Shown in pieces: positions 1-12,150 of a stretch of 64,000 nucleotides of DNA (within the stretch, counting starts at the first letter, position 1; each line of letters opens with the position of its first letter). Below the pieces are notes generated by a model. The model was given only the letters and a program-made list of their open reading frames with translations. It was not told the DNA's origin and searched no databases. Source of the DNA: Octopus sinensis (lineage: Eukaryota); assembly GCF_006345805.1 (NCBI RefSeq), contig NC_043002.1, positions 66,712,001 to 66,776,000 of the forward strand, in the 5' to 3' direction. The position numbers and the translations under genes were made by a program.

Positions 1-83
1 TTATTATTATATTATTATTATTATATTATTATTATTATTATTATTCAGGTCACTGCCCGGAATCGCCCACGGGCATATGGCGT

Positions 84-125
84 AGTGGTTAAGAGCGCGG
101 GCTACTAACCTCAAGATTCCAAGAG
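84..125 (+). mobile_element. Truncated tRNA-derived SINE head
   Basis: GGGCATATGGCGTAGTGGTTAAGAGCGCGGGCTACTAACCTCAAGATTCC has an A-box-like motif and a tRNA-like 5' half, and is truncated before the B box. Confidence 0.5.
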
Positions 126-887
126 AACCGAACTTCTTGTCTGAATGGATGCAAACAGCTGAATCTCGCGAGTGACACCGAAGAACTAAGTGGCGGTATT
201 TCATCGAGTTGTTTTATGAGCCTACAACCTGATTAAAAAAAAATGAAAGCAGAGTTATAGTATTATTGTGATCCCAGCACTGGGAGATTACCAAAGGGAA
301 AGGAATAATATATAGAGACATATATCTAACAAAAGGGGACTGATTGGAGCAGGGATTGGGGTAAATAGGTAAGTCTAGAATACTAGGAAAACTGGTGACG
401 TTTTGCGTCAGCAAAGATAATTCTACGTATTTCCTAACAAAGATATATTATTCATTCCCCACGAAAACAAGCTAGAACAATACAGACTGAAAATAAGTCC
501 TACAATCAAACACCTGCAGAGAGACTGAACTTGAGGTCCATGATCTTGAAACTCATTATCTCATCACTATCTTATCTAGTTAAACGTTTTGCCTTTACTT
601 GTTTAGGGTAGAAATATTTCGACCTTTTGGTTGATACTTCAATGATTTAGATATTGTAGCTCTTCATAAATATTTAACTGATATGAAGGAAGATATATAA
701 TTTCTCCTAAAATTTCTTATAAAAACTTATCTTAGTTTATTCGCTATTATAATTTTCCTATTGGCAATTTTAAAGCATCTCGTGTATAAAAGAAATGATG
801 ATAGTATAGCAACATTTTCCATCACAATGAGGTAACCCAGACTTGAATTTGTTATCACATTAAGATCGATGAAAAACTCTCTTTTTA

Positions 888-1098
888 ACTCTTTTACTTG
901 TTTCAGTCATTTGACTGTGGCCATGCTGGAGCACCGCCTTTAGTCGAGCAAATCGACCCCAGAACTTATTCTTTGTAAGCCTAGTATTTATTCTATCGGT
1001 CTCTTTTTCCGAACCGCTAAGTTACGGGGACGTAAACACACCAGCATCGGTTGTCAAGCGATGTTGGGGTACAAACACAGACACACAAACGTATACAC

Positions 1099-1136
<38 letters not shown>

Positions 1137-1650
1137 TATATATATATATATATATATATAGATATAAGGAATTTCTGAGCTGATGATAGAAGTGTTGTTT
1201 TTGACTAATCTTGAAACGTACGTTCTCAAATAACCTTAGCATTTGATTTTTCGATGTCCTTACCCCCAACTTTTGTGAGTTGAATTAAGCAAACACTATA
1301 TATGAGAGAGATTTTCTTTAAGTTTAGAATAGCTTTAAAAAAGTTTTTAGCTGCTCTTCTAATGAGTTCAGTATGCGGCAAGTAATTTATTTTACTAAGC
1401 CCTTTTATATAAGTAATAATTGAATTCGCCTTGAATGGTCCCTTTGCATACTGAACACTTGGTGAAATTGATTAATAATAATTAATTTTGCCTCAATTGT
1501 TGAAAATTATATATATATATATAATATGATATATACGACGGGTTCTTTCAGTTTCCGTCTACCAAATCCACAAGATGCAACGCAGTGGGATATAACCCGG
1601 AACCATGTGGTTGGTAAGCAAGCTACTTACCACACAGCCACTCCTACGCC
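888..1650 (-). mobile_element. tRNA-derived SINE family A with internal microsatellite, interrupted by an HHR-bearing insertion
   Basis: 3' half at 888-1090 and head at 1536-1650 match the other copies in the window (head GGCGTAGGAGTGGCTGTGTGGTAAGTAGCTTGCTTACC, tail AAACAAGTAAAAGAGT). Confidence 0.85.
1176..1228 (+). ncRNA. Type I hammerhead ribozyme motif (family 1)
   Basis: TGAG-CTGATGA-T[AGA-AGT..ACT-AA-TCT]T-GAAA-CGTACG-TT/CTCA: 4-bp stem I, intact core, palindromic stem III ACGTACGT, GUU cleavage triplet after 1224. Confidence 0.7.
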
Positions 1651-2456
1651 TCAGAAAGGTTACTTTTTTTTATGTGTGCACGTATTTATGAGAATGTGCG
1701 AACGTGTGTATGTTTTTTTTTCTATACATGATGTAGTCGCGAATATATCACATATGGATGCATGTGAACATGGGTCAATACGGACAAACACAAATTCGCA
1801 GATCCTTTCTGACTTAAATTGTGTCATTGTAAAAATTGATAAGTCTGTTGATATTTTCCTGTCATGTTTATTAACCTTGATCGTTGCTACAACTTATAGA
1901 AGGTTCAGGGTTCACAATCCCATTGTCTTAACTTATCTGAGCGAAATTTATAGATGATGGACCTAATTAAAACCACTTGCGGCGAGATAACACCCATTGA
2001 AACAATTACTGTAGATATCTTAACTGTGTTTGTTCACAAGACTTGTGAATTGCTCTGGTGTTTACCACGATTACGTAACAACCTGCATAACATTAATATA
2101 CGTAATATTTTCGAAAGCAAAGGTGCGTGGCCTGCTGGTCAGGGTGTTGTACTTAGGCTTCCAAGATCGGGGTTTTGATTCCCGGACCGGATGATGTTTC
2201 AGTCATTTGACTGCGGCCATGCTGGAGCACCGCCTTTAGTCGAGCAAATCGACCCCAGGACTTATTCTTTGTAAGCATAGTACTTATTCAATCGGTCTCT
2301 TTGCCGAACCGCTAAGTTGCGGGAACGTAAACACACCAGCATCGGTTTCAAGCGATGTTGGGGGAGGGGAGACGAACACAGACACACAAACATATACACA
2401 CACGTACAATAGATATATATATATATATAATACATACATACATACATACATACATA

Positions 2457-2488
<32 letters not shown>

Positions 2489-2526
2489 CATTACATATAC
2501 ATATATAATATATAATATATATATAT

Positions 2527-2565
<39 letters not shown>

Positions 2566-2649
2566 GGTGGTCACGGGTTGATTCGGGGTTAACCACAGTA
2601 AATAAGGTACTCAATACATAGCAGAGTAAAATATTTATATATAGAAGGA

Positions 2650-2696
2650 GCTTCTACAGGACTAGACTGTTTCATTCAAGAGAATCTTCAGGAAGC
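2650..2696 (-). ncRNA. Type I hammerhead ribozyme motif (family 2)
   Basis: GCTTC-CTGAAGA-TTCTCTTGAAT-GAAA-CAG(TCTAGTC)CTG-TA/GAAGC: 5-bp stem I, 4-bp stem III, GUA triplet; stem II is weak as sequenced. Confidence 0.65.
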
Positions 2697-2701
2697 ACAG
2701 G

Positions 2702-2748
2702 GCTTCCTGAAGATTTCTCTGAATGAACAGTTCTAGTCCTGTAGAAGC
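2702..2748 (+). ncRNA. Type I hammerhead motif (family 2, inverted copy, GAAA reduced to GAA)
   Basis: GCTTC-CTGAAGA-T[TTC-TCT-GAA]T-GAA-CAGTTCTAGTCCTG-TA/GAAGC; one core A is missing (mutation or sequencing indel). Confidence 0.45.
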
Positions 2749-2904
2749 TCCTTCTATATAATACATTTTATATATATCTATATATTATATATATATAGTA
2801 TATATATATATATATATAAACTATATATATATATATACAATATATATATATATATATTATATATATATATATATATATATTATTTATATATAATATATAT
2901 ATAT

Positions 2905-2947
<43 letters not shown>

Positions 2948-3629
2948 CGACGGGCTTCTTTCAGTTTCCGTCTACCAAATCCACTCACAAGGATTTGGTC
3001 GGGACGAGGCTATAGTAGAAGACACTTGCCCAAGGTGCCACGCAGTGGGACTGAACCCGGAACCATGTGGTTGGTAAGCAAGCTACTTACCACACAGCCA
3101 CTCCTACGCCTTCTTCAGAAACATTTCATATCACCTAACGAAGTATAAATTTTCAGCTGCAATGAAGTGCAAATTTTCAGCTGTAAATGGGTAACTTTGC
3201 GACGGACTGGCGTACCCTTTAGGGGGAATGCTAAGATCTCGGTCACTTATATGTCATAGAAACCAGGGAATGACCCACTTATATGCAATAGAAACCAGGG
3301 AACAACCAAGGACTCGAGACAGGTATCTCCAGGAGACTTACTTTACTTCTTTCTCTTTATTATATTTTCATTTACTACGAAGGCCTTTGATAGCTTTCGA
3401 GGTGAATGCAGTGATGAAATCCCTGAACACGCTATGAATGGAAGCTCAATTACATAAAACTTCTTAGGGAAACGAACTTCAGATGTTCGGTCGATATGAA
3501 TCCTAGTCGGGAAGATCTATGATCGAAGGCGTTCCAGAGTGACCATCATCTGCATTTCAGACATTGTGCAACTCAGCCCTGTCCGAGAAAATTTATGACC
3601 AAGCATGTGCCTGCTGTAACTATCCTGTC

Positions 3630-3679
<50 letters not shown>

Positions 3680-3703
3680 TGTGTCTGTGTCTGTGTCTGT
3701 GTG

Positions 3704-3737
<34 letters not shown>

Positions 3738-3740
<3 letters not shown>

Positions 3741-3990
3741 GCAGGCGTGGCTGTGTGGCTGCTTCCCTACCACATGGTTCCGGGTTCAGTCCCACTGCGT
3801 GACACCTTGGGAAAGGGTCTCCTATGTCTTCGGGCTGATCAAAGCCTTGTGAATGGATTTGGTAGACGAAACTGGAAGATATGTATGTATATATTTGTGT
3901 CTGTGTTTGTCCTCCCACTATCGCTTGACAACCGATACTGGTGTCTTTATGTCCCCGTTATCTAGCGATTCGGTAAAAAAAAAACCGATA
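3738..3990 (+). mobile_element. SINE family A (partial)
   Basis: Head GGCGCAGGCGTGGCTGTGTGG...CCGGGTTCAGTCCCACTGCG with B-box-like GGTTCAGTCC. Confidence 0.8.
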
Positions 3991-4259
3991 CACGCTATTC
4001 TTATTCACAATTTTTTTTCCTATCATGACTGTATTAGAGTAATTTGACTTCTACTTTTAGCGAAGCAGGTGCTTATGTAGTATCCTAGTATATATAGATA
4101 TATCTATATCATATATAATTATTAATTTTTGCCTATACAGTTTTTACGCTCGTTGTTATTTTTAGGAATAATAATGTTCTCTTAGATATAATAATATATA
4201 ATATATATATATTATATATACCAAACATACCACACACACACACACATAACACACACACA

Positions 4260-4296
<37 letters not shown>

Positions 4297-5912
4297 ATAT
4301 ATATATGTATATAGTTGGAATTTACAAAAAAGAAAGGACGAAGACAGGTGTGTAAACAACAAACAGGTGTATTAGTTTAACGCTCGGGAAGGTGAGAAAG
4401 TCTTTTACGTTTTGAGCCTACGCTCTTCAACAGAAAGGTAATACGAGGAAATAAACAGAGAGAGGGTTTAAAAAAGCTTTAGTGGCTAGCGGTCGTTCAT
4501 AGCGATGGCCGGACAGAGGTGGTCAGACAGGAAAGCTAGGAAGAAGGGGAAATAATAAATTAGTGATGATCCCAAAATGAAGGTGCGCGTGCGTGTGTAT
4601 GTGAGAGCGTGTGTGTGCGTGTGGATTGGGGCTGGTGACCTTGACGTGTGGGTGTGTGTATGTGTAGGTGTGTGGATGGTAGTGTGGATGCTGGGAAGTG
4701 GTCAGTGCCAGTGTTTGCGGGGTGGTGTGATGTGGTGTTGTGTGGCGTGACACGGTGTAGTGTGTGGTGTGGTGTGGTGCTGGGAAGTGGTCAATGCTAG
4801 TGGTTGCATGTATGCATGCATGTATGTATGTATGTACGTATGTATGTATGTATGTATGTATGTATGTATGTATGTATGTATGCATGTGTGAGTATATATA
4901 CATATTAATTCATACATAGATATGCACATGCCTACACACACACACATACATATACACACGCACATGTAAGCATAGAAATACATAAGAATGTGCGCACGCG
5001 CGTGTGTGTGTCTGTGTATATGTAGGGCCGCATTGTCCAATGCAACTTCTTTTTTAAGACGTTAATATATATTTGGATGGGGCTTTGCTGCTATTTTTAG
5101 CAGGACCAATGACCAGCTAGGAGCTCCAGACATACTGCTGTTGGTGGTATTGTGCTATTTTAGGCTGCTAACCAAATGATTATAGAAAAGAAACGAAAGA
5201 ATAATCTGTATATTGAATGCACAAGCTAAGCTTTATTCCGGATGGTGAGGACTGTTAAATTAACATTAACTGTTTAACATAACGGGGTAGAATACGGGTA
5301 ATCCTTCACAGTTTGATGTCTGCGGTTATAGTAGTGACCACTACAGAAGATGTCGATACAGAAAATAGCTTTCATTACTAATATTTTGCAACTTATCAGC
5401 TAGAGACAATTCATGTTTTAACTATTTAGAAGTGTGGAGTGATTGTTTGTTTATTTTTATGAGATAAGTGAGAGACTGGTTTTAAAATAGTATTTTAGTC
5501 GTTCCAGCTAAAGTTAGTATTACACGTTATATATTTAGTCTGTAGAAGGGATGGGTGGAGACATGTCTGAGTGGTAGAAGAAAAAGAAATTTGCTTCGCA
5601 ACCGCATACTTCCGGGCTGACCAATTTCTGGGAATAAGTAGGCGTAAAGTGTGCGGAAGTCTGTCGTGTGCGGGGGTGGTTACAAAAACAGCCCCCGCCC
5701 CACCCTATACATGTACATATATATATGTGTGTCTGTGTGTCTGTGTGTATCCATTCATCTGCGAATGGGTAACCCTGAAACGTTCTGTTCAGGAATGGTA
5801 TTGGCCTGACTGCATAACCAGCGGGGTGGTATGGTTCAAAATCTACTACAGAGCGTGAAAGAGCATTGTGATAATCGTTGTGTAACAACATCTGAGAGTG
5901 TGTTTGATACAA

Positions 5913-5946
<34 letters not shown>

Positions 5947-6071
5947 CAACAATTTAGATTCAAATGAATATGGTATTTAATTTAGATGCACCAGAATTTT
6001 GTATGGTGTTATCCATAAAAATTTGCGGGGTGATTATAATCAAAAATAAGCAACAAGAGTGACTCCGGTAG

Positions 6072-6159
6072 TTTGGTACAATTGTTTCGCACTACAACAT
6101 TTTATTAAAAGTTGTAATTATTACAGCAGATTTAAGATGTTGAGTGCTCTTCAGTCAAA
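6072..6159 (-). ncRNA. Type I hammerhead ribozyme motif (family 3, one stem I mismatch)
   Basis: TTTGA-CTGAAGA-GCACT..AGTGC-GAAA-CAATTG-TA/CCAAA; A.C mismatch at the innermost stem I pair. Confidence 0.65.
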
Positions 6160-6191
6160 ATATAGCTTTTGTATTCTTGGAAAACTATATT

Positions 6192-6279
6192 TTTGGCTGA
6201 AGAGCACTCAACATCTTAAATCTGCTGTAATAATTACAACTTTTAATAAAATGTTGTAGTGCGAAACAATTGTACCAAA
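6192..6279 (+). ncRNA. Type I hammerhead ribozyme motif (family 3)
   Basis: TTTGG-CTGAAGA-GCACT-CAACAT..ATGTTG-T-AGTGC-GAAA-CAATTG-TA/CCAAA: fully canonical core, G-C 10.1/11.1 pair, palindromic stem III ACAATTGT, GUA cleavage after 6274. Confidence 0.85.
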
Positions 6280-6650
6280 TTACCGGAGTCACTCTTGTTG
6301 CTTATTGTGTGTATATAATATTATATAAATATTATATATATTATATATATATATGTTTAATTTGCTTTGCGGGAGCAACTGTTTTATCGAAGGCGTACCT
6401 TGTCGTTGAATTGCTCAAAATACAGATTAGAAAAACAGCCGACAACTGATGAAAGGTCGTTCGTTATGCTACTTGTCTTGTTTTCCAAAAAAAGTTCATA
6501 TTTCATGTATTCGTATTTCGTATTTCATGTTTTCGCTTTTTTATGTTGTTTACGTTCCGTGATGCCCTGTGCCCACATATGCATATGTATATACGTATAT
6601 ATGTATGTACATATACGCATGTATGCATGCATATATATTATTTATATTAT

Positions 6651-6722
<72 letters not shown>

Positions 6723-6798
6723 AGTTGTGTGTATGTGTGTGTATACCTACGATATATATACATATATTATATTATATACATATATATATATTATTCAT

Positions 6799-6834
<36 letters not shown>

Positions 6835-7200
6835 AAAAAATCTAAACATCGTGACAACTGAAAAATCGATGTATTTCGGCACAATCTTTTGAGATAAACA
6901 TTCTCTACATAAACATTTTTTGTCATTCACTCTGTCACATAGCTACCATCGCTATGAATTTGGAGCAGAACATTTTGTGAATCATTTCGCTTCTAAGTAC
7001 TTTATAAATGAGATTTGTGCGTGTTTTCGGCCATTAATTTAAGCCATGATGCAATGGGGGGGGGGAGTCGTGATAGCGAAATTGCAAATGTTACGTTGCA
7101 AGAGTATAAATTGTAAACATATTGCATAAATGCATTTTTCAAATGATTTATACAAAATTTGACTCCTGATCAATAAATACTAGAATTTTCAATTGTCCTC

Positions 7201-7368
7201 AGGCATGGCTGTGTGGTCAAGGATATCGCTTTGCATTCACGAGGTTCTGGGTTCAGCCCCACCGCACGACTTTTATGGCAAGTGTCTTTAGCCCCGGGTG
7301 AACCATTGCTTTGTGAGTAGATCTGCTTTATGGAATAAGTATAGACGTCGTCGTCGTGTGTGTGTATG

Positions 7369-7405
<37 letters not shown>

Positions 7406-7665
7406 ACACGTATATGTGCGCGCGCGAGTCAGTGTGTGTGTGTATGTATGTGTATATACACACACGTGTGTGTGGGCGCGCGAGTCATTGTGTTTGACAG
7501 CCGGTGTTGGTTTCTTTATATCCCTATAACTTAGTAGTTCGGCCTAAAAGAGCCGATAGAATAAGTACCAGACTGAAAAACAAAATTAGTATTGGATCGA
7601 TTTAATCGACAAAACCCTTCAATACCCTCGTCATGGCTGCCACCCGATGATTGAAATATAAAAAA
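7201..7665 (+). mobile_element. SINE family A (diverged)
   Basis: Head, internal (TG)n and 3' body align with other copies. Confidence 0.75.
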
Positions 7666-7689
7666 GGATGTCCCAATTCGTGTTTATTT

Positions 7690-8245
7690 AGAAACTCCAA
7701 TATTGTAGCATCCTTTTTTGTGGGACAGGAAAGATAGTGAGACCATTGCTGCACACGTTTTGGGTCTGGGGGACTGATTTTCCCCGTTCAGCAATCATAT
7801 ATGACCATTTCTATTGGATAAATTCCATTCCAAAACCAACTGAAAATTTTATTAATTCCCGCAGTTTTTGGGTGGTGGGGGGTGAGGCATTGTAAACATT
7901 GTAAATCTTAAAGAAATTATGGCGTACATTAACATCCCTAACAGTTGCAATCTCTGGTATGTAGCCATTTGATTTTTGTAGTAGGAATGATAATGGATTT
8001 AACGCCAAAATGAGCACAATAACAAAGTGACTATCTCTTTGGAATCGTCCCATTGGAGACGATATTTCTACTCTTCGTTCTTAGTGTAAGAATTGTTGTC
8101 CAGGTTTTTGTGAGCCTCTCAATCGCAGCAATTAAGATAGCTGGCACTTTTTGAAAAATGGTGACACTTCAGCAGCCATGAGTGGGTAACAGAGTGAAAT
8201 GCGTTCCTATAATCAAACCATACTGTTCTAAGGCTGGTGGCCTTA
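7690..8245 (-). pseudogene. Degenerate reverse transcriptase fragment of an R4/Dong-like non-LTR retrotransposon
   Basis: Translations WFDYRNAFHSVTHSWLLKC, GRFQRDSH..LILALNPLSFLLQKSNGY and FSVGFGMEF match RT motifs WIDYxKAFDSVPHSW, GIFQGDSLSPLLFxLALNPLS and FSxDIGMEFG; frameshifted. Confidence 0.75.
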
Positions 8246-8589
8246 GAACAGTGGCGACGGCGGCGGTGGTGGTGGTGACGATGGTGGTGACTGTAGTGGT
8301 GATGGTGGTAGTGGTTGTAGTAATAGTGGTAGTGGCAGTAATGGTGGTGGCGGCTGCGCGGCAATGAAGTTGATGCTTCTGAATGAAGGAAGTATTTCTA
8401 AAGTGATGGCCCTATTTGGAAACCCTAATATTTGTTACTGTTTTATATAATAGCAATTAAGAAATATAACAGCAGTCATCTTTTATACTCCCTTCAGAGA
8501 GAGGAAGAGAGGGGCTAGAGAAAGAGACAGACAGACAGACGGAGTGGGTGTGTGTAGGTGTGAATGTGTGAGTGGTGTTTGCGCATGTA

Positions 8590-8620
<31 letters not shown>

Positions 8621-9069
8621 ATTTGTATTTGAGTGCGTGTGCATGTGTATGTGTGAGTATGAGTATGTGTGTGCGTGTGTGTGTGTGAGTGTGTGCGTGT
8701 GTGTGAGTGAGTGTGTGTGTGTGTGAGTGCCTGCGTGTGTGTGTGAGTGAAAGTGTGTGAGTGCATGCGTGTATGTGTGCGTGTGTCTGTGTGTGTGCGT
8801 GTGTGTGTATGTGTGTGAGTGAGTATCTGTGAGTGCCTGAGGTGTGTGTGAGTAAGTGTGTGTGAGTGTGTGCGTGTGTGTGTGCTGTGATGTAATTCAA
8901 GAAATATTAAATACTAAATTGTTTCCTGGAACGATATCAAATTTAAAAGACTGGGAGGTAAAACTTTGTTCGCTCTCATGGCTTTTCAATATCAATGACT
9001 TGTGACCGAGACCTTTGGCGATATGTCGTGCTTGAAAATAACACCCAAGAAGTCAAGTGAAATCGTAGT

Positions 9070-9400
9070 CGTGCTGATACTGGTGTCACGCAAATGGTAC
9101 CTGTGCCAGTGGCACTTAAAAACACCCATTGCACTCTAGGAGTGATTGGCGTTAGGAAGGGCATCCAACCGTAGAAACCATGCCAAATCAGACGGGTGTC
9201 TGGTGCAGCTCCCCAGCTTACCAGCCCCGGTCAAACCATCCAACCCATGCCAGCCCTGATCAAACCTCCCAACCCATGCCAGCCCTGGTCAAACTATCCA
9301 ACCCATGGCAGCCCTGGTCAAACCGTCCAACCCATGCCATTCCTGGTCAAACCGCCCAATCCAAACCAACATGGCCAACGGACGTTAAATGATGATGATG
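9070..9400 (+). mobile_element. SINE/LINE remnant with RTE-type 3' end and five internal 29-bp tandem repeats
   Basis: GGCGTTAGGAAGGGCATCCAACCGTAGAAAC...GGACGTTAAATGATGATGATGA tail; unit GGTCAAACCRTCCAACCCATGCCAGCCCT repeated at ~9228-9375. Confidence 0.65.
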
Positions 9401-11423
9401 AATGTTTTCTAATATACGCTTAAAGACAGCAGTTTTGAGGGTAGGGGCAACTCCATGACATCTACCTTAAACACTTGACTGATGCATTATTTAATCGACC
9501 CTGAAAAGCAAAGTCGACCTCTGTGGGATTTGAACTTTGAACGAAACAAATCGAAAGAAATAGCGCTAAGCATTTTGTTCGACGCGCTAGCAATTCTGCT
9601 AGCTCGCCACTTAACAAAGTCTCTGGTTTATCACGAGTTGTCTTTCTTATAGAATCTATTGTAGAATCTTTTGATTCTAGTATTAAAACTAACGAAGAAA
9701 CTGTTAAATGTTCAAGGTGGCGCCCCAGCATTCACACAATCCAATGACAGAACGGATAAAGAGTTACTGAAGAGCACCAGTTATTGTTTGTTTCGGAATC
9801 TGAGCTTCACAGATCATTCAGTAAAGATTTGAGCTGCAGTCCTAGATGAGAGAAGCAACCGGCTCCCATGCTAATGGTTTGGTGCTAATTTTCACAGTGG
9901 CGCTGAAGTGATCTCTCTATAACTCAAGTATGGGATGGGTGTATGACAATACTGGATTGTCCTGGCGCCAGAAACACCCTCTCGTCGCTGGCGTTGTCCA
10001 AAAAAGAGCGGCGCTGTATGTTTAATATTAACTTAGTTACGGGATTTGCCTAAAGATTTGCCTAAAGAGTTACCTTAGGGAATCCACTTCGGGTTTATTA
10101 TAAGGTTTGTTCCCAAGCAAATTTCTCCCAAGAGACAGATGCTATTTACCCTCTCAGTAACCTAGGATATAAATTCATACCAGCTACAGTCAGATGGCTC
10201 TACTTGAACCTGGGATACGTATCAAGAGGCGTTGTCATGTCTTTCTGCAACAACTGACGTTATTAGCTTCTATCTAAAGCAACAACATACAAGGGATAAA
10301 GGAAATAAAACAAAACACGTCCATTTACGGTATACGCAGTGAGCGGTAGATGAGACTTGGTCGTTAGAGTTAAGTCCCTTGGCTAAAGACAAAGCAGCAC
10401 TAGTGACTAGTGACACTTAGCTTGTCATTGTTATTGTTGATGATGATGACGTTGTTTAACCCCTGGCCAGCCCAAACCTAAAGCATTCCAGTTATGATCT
10501 CCCCGTCTTCTTACAGACATATCAATATACCTTATCCAATGGTTTCTTTGTTTTCTTTTCTTTTCCAGAGATGCTAGGTTAAGTTAGAGGGAGATGTGGC
10601 TGCTATTTCTTGCCAATGTTGATACTGCGTTGAAGCGCCCTTGTTAGCTTGTCCTTTGACTGATTGGCCGGTTGCTTGGTACTTTTATCGACACGACCAT
10701 CTCCAGCTCTCAAACCAGAGGCAAGGACATTGGCATACAATTAATTCCTAACAGCATTTTATTGTTGTGTTTTGAGAGGGTCATTGTGTGTTTCAGAGAC
10801 TGAATGAGGAATCAAAAGCAAAAAAAAAAAAAGTGAGTAGGAGGAGGAAGCAACGGGGCAGTAAGAGGCATACTTCATTGATGAGTGTGTGACATGACAA
10901 ATAGATTCACCAGAAGCAAAGAGGAATCGATCGAGGAAGACAGTCGGACGTATCTTAAGAAACGTATCACTTTACCGCACCTCGTGTTAGCCAGTGGAAT
11001 TTATTTCCTTCATTAATTGTTTTCTTGTCTTTTAATATATTCATTTGACTTCATTTTCAATAGTTTCCGATGAAACAATTGCCTCGGTTTGTGTCGCATT
11101 CAACTTAGACATATGCTCCATACTTTCGCTATTTCGTCTTTCTTGTTTCAGTCAATCCCGTCTGCTGCTGCAATTACTGTTGTTAGATGGCGTTGTTGGT
11201 GTTGGCGTTGTTGGCGTTTGTAACGTTGTTGTTGTAGATGCTGTATGTGTGAGTGTATGTGTGTGTGTGTGCGTGCTGTAGTTGTTATTGTTGTTCACAA
11301 ACTTATTGTGGCTAAACAAAAGACAGCTATTTGAAATATGGCAAACCAATCGTCATGTCACGGACAATAGTTATCTTTATTATTTCATACAATGTTATAA
11401 TGAGAGGTGTGTTCTGAAACATC

Positions 11424-11466
<43 letters not shown>

Positions 11467-11649
11467 ACTCTTTGTCTCTCCCTGTCTCTCCCCCTCTCTC
11501 TTCTTTTCTCTCACTTCCTCGGTCTCTCTCGCTGCCGTCCCTATATCTTTATCTAATTATTTATCTGTCAATCTATCGCGCACTCACTCTTTTGGTATGC
11601 ATGTATGTATATGTATGAATACATACATACGCACGCACGCACACACACA

Positions 11650-11686
<37 letters not shown>

Positions 11687-11694
11687 TCTTTTAT

Positions 11695-12005
11695 TTTTTT
11701 ATTCTTTTACTTATTTCAGTCATTTGACCGCTGCCATGCTGGAGCATCGCCTTTAGTTGAGCAAATCGACCCCAGGACTTATTCTTTGTAAGCCTAGTAC
11801 TTATTCTATCGATCATTTTTGCCGAACCGCTAAGTTACGGGGACGTAAATAAACCAACGTCGGTTGTCAAGTGATGGTGGGGAGGACAAACACAGACACA
11901 CCAAATATATATATATATATATATATCTATAATATATATCATACATATATATTACATATATATACACATATAATATACATATATGTACACATATATATAC
12001 ATATA

Positions 12006-12048
<43 letters not shown>

Positions 12049-12150
12049 GACGTGCTTCCTTCAGAGACACTTGCCCAAGATACCACGCAGTGGGACTGAA
12101 CCCGGAACCATGTGGTTGAAAAGCAAACTTCATACTACACAGCCACGCCT
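11695..12150 (-). mobile_element. SINE family A
   Basis: 3' body at 11695-11900, (TA)n, head at 12047-12150. Confidence 0.8.

Larger units (their letters stand above)
2637..2761. repeat. Foldback with ~60-bp arms and 5-nt spacer carrying two HHR motifs (PLE-like terminus)
   Basis: 2637-2696 is the reverse complement of 2702-2761 apart from small indels; (TA)n lies immediately to the right and ~70 bp to the left. Confidence 0.85.
2195..3110 (-). mobile_element. SINE family A, internal (TA)n interrupted by a foldback insertion
   Basis: 3' half at 2195-2395 and head at 2949-3110 are near-identical to other copies. Confidence 0.85.
5945..6306. mobile_element. PLE-like terminal fragment: ~100-bp tail plus foldback with 122-bp arms
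   Basis: 6044-6165 is the reverse complement of 6185-6306 with very few mismatches; tail 5945-6060 is homologous to 46990-47085 and to the reverse complement of 22690-23110; flanked by TA-rich tracts. Confidence 0.85.

Noticed and set aside
4395-4440. Hammerhead-like remnant on the minus strand (TTGAAGA-GCGTAGGCTC-AAAA-CG-TA)
   Set aside because: C3 and G12 are both substituted and stem I does not pair; at most a decayed PLE-type motif
10797-10990. Possible terminal exon (RLNEESKAKKKKVSRRRKQRGSKR)
   Set aside because: Short, low complexity, interrupted by stops in all frames, no supporting neighbours
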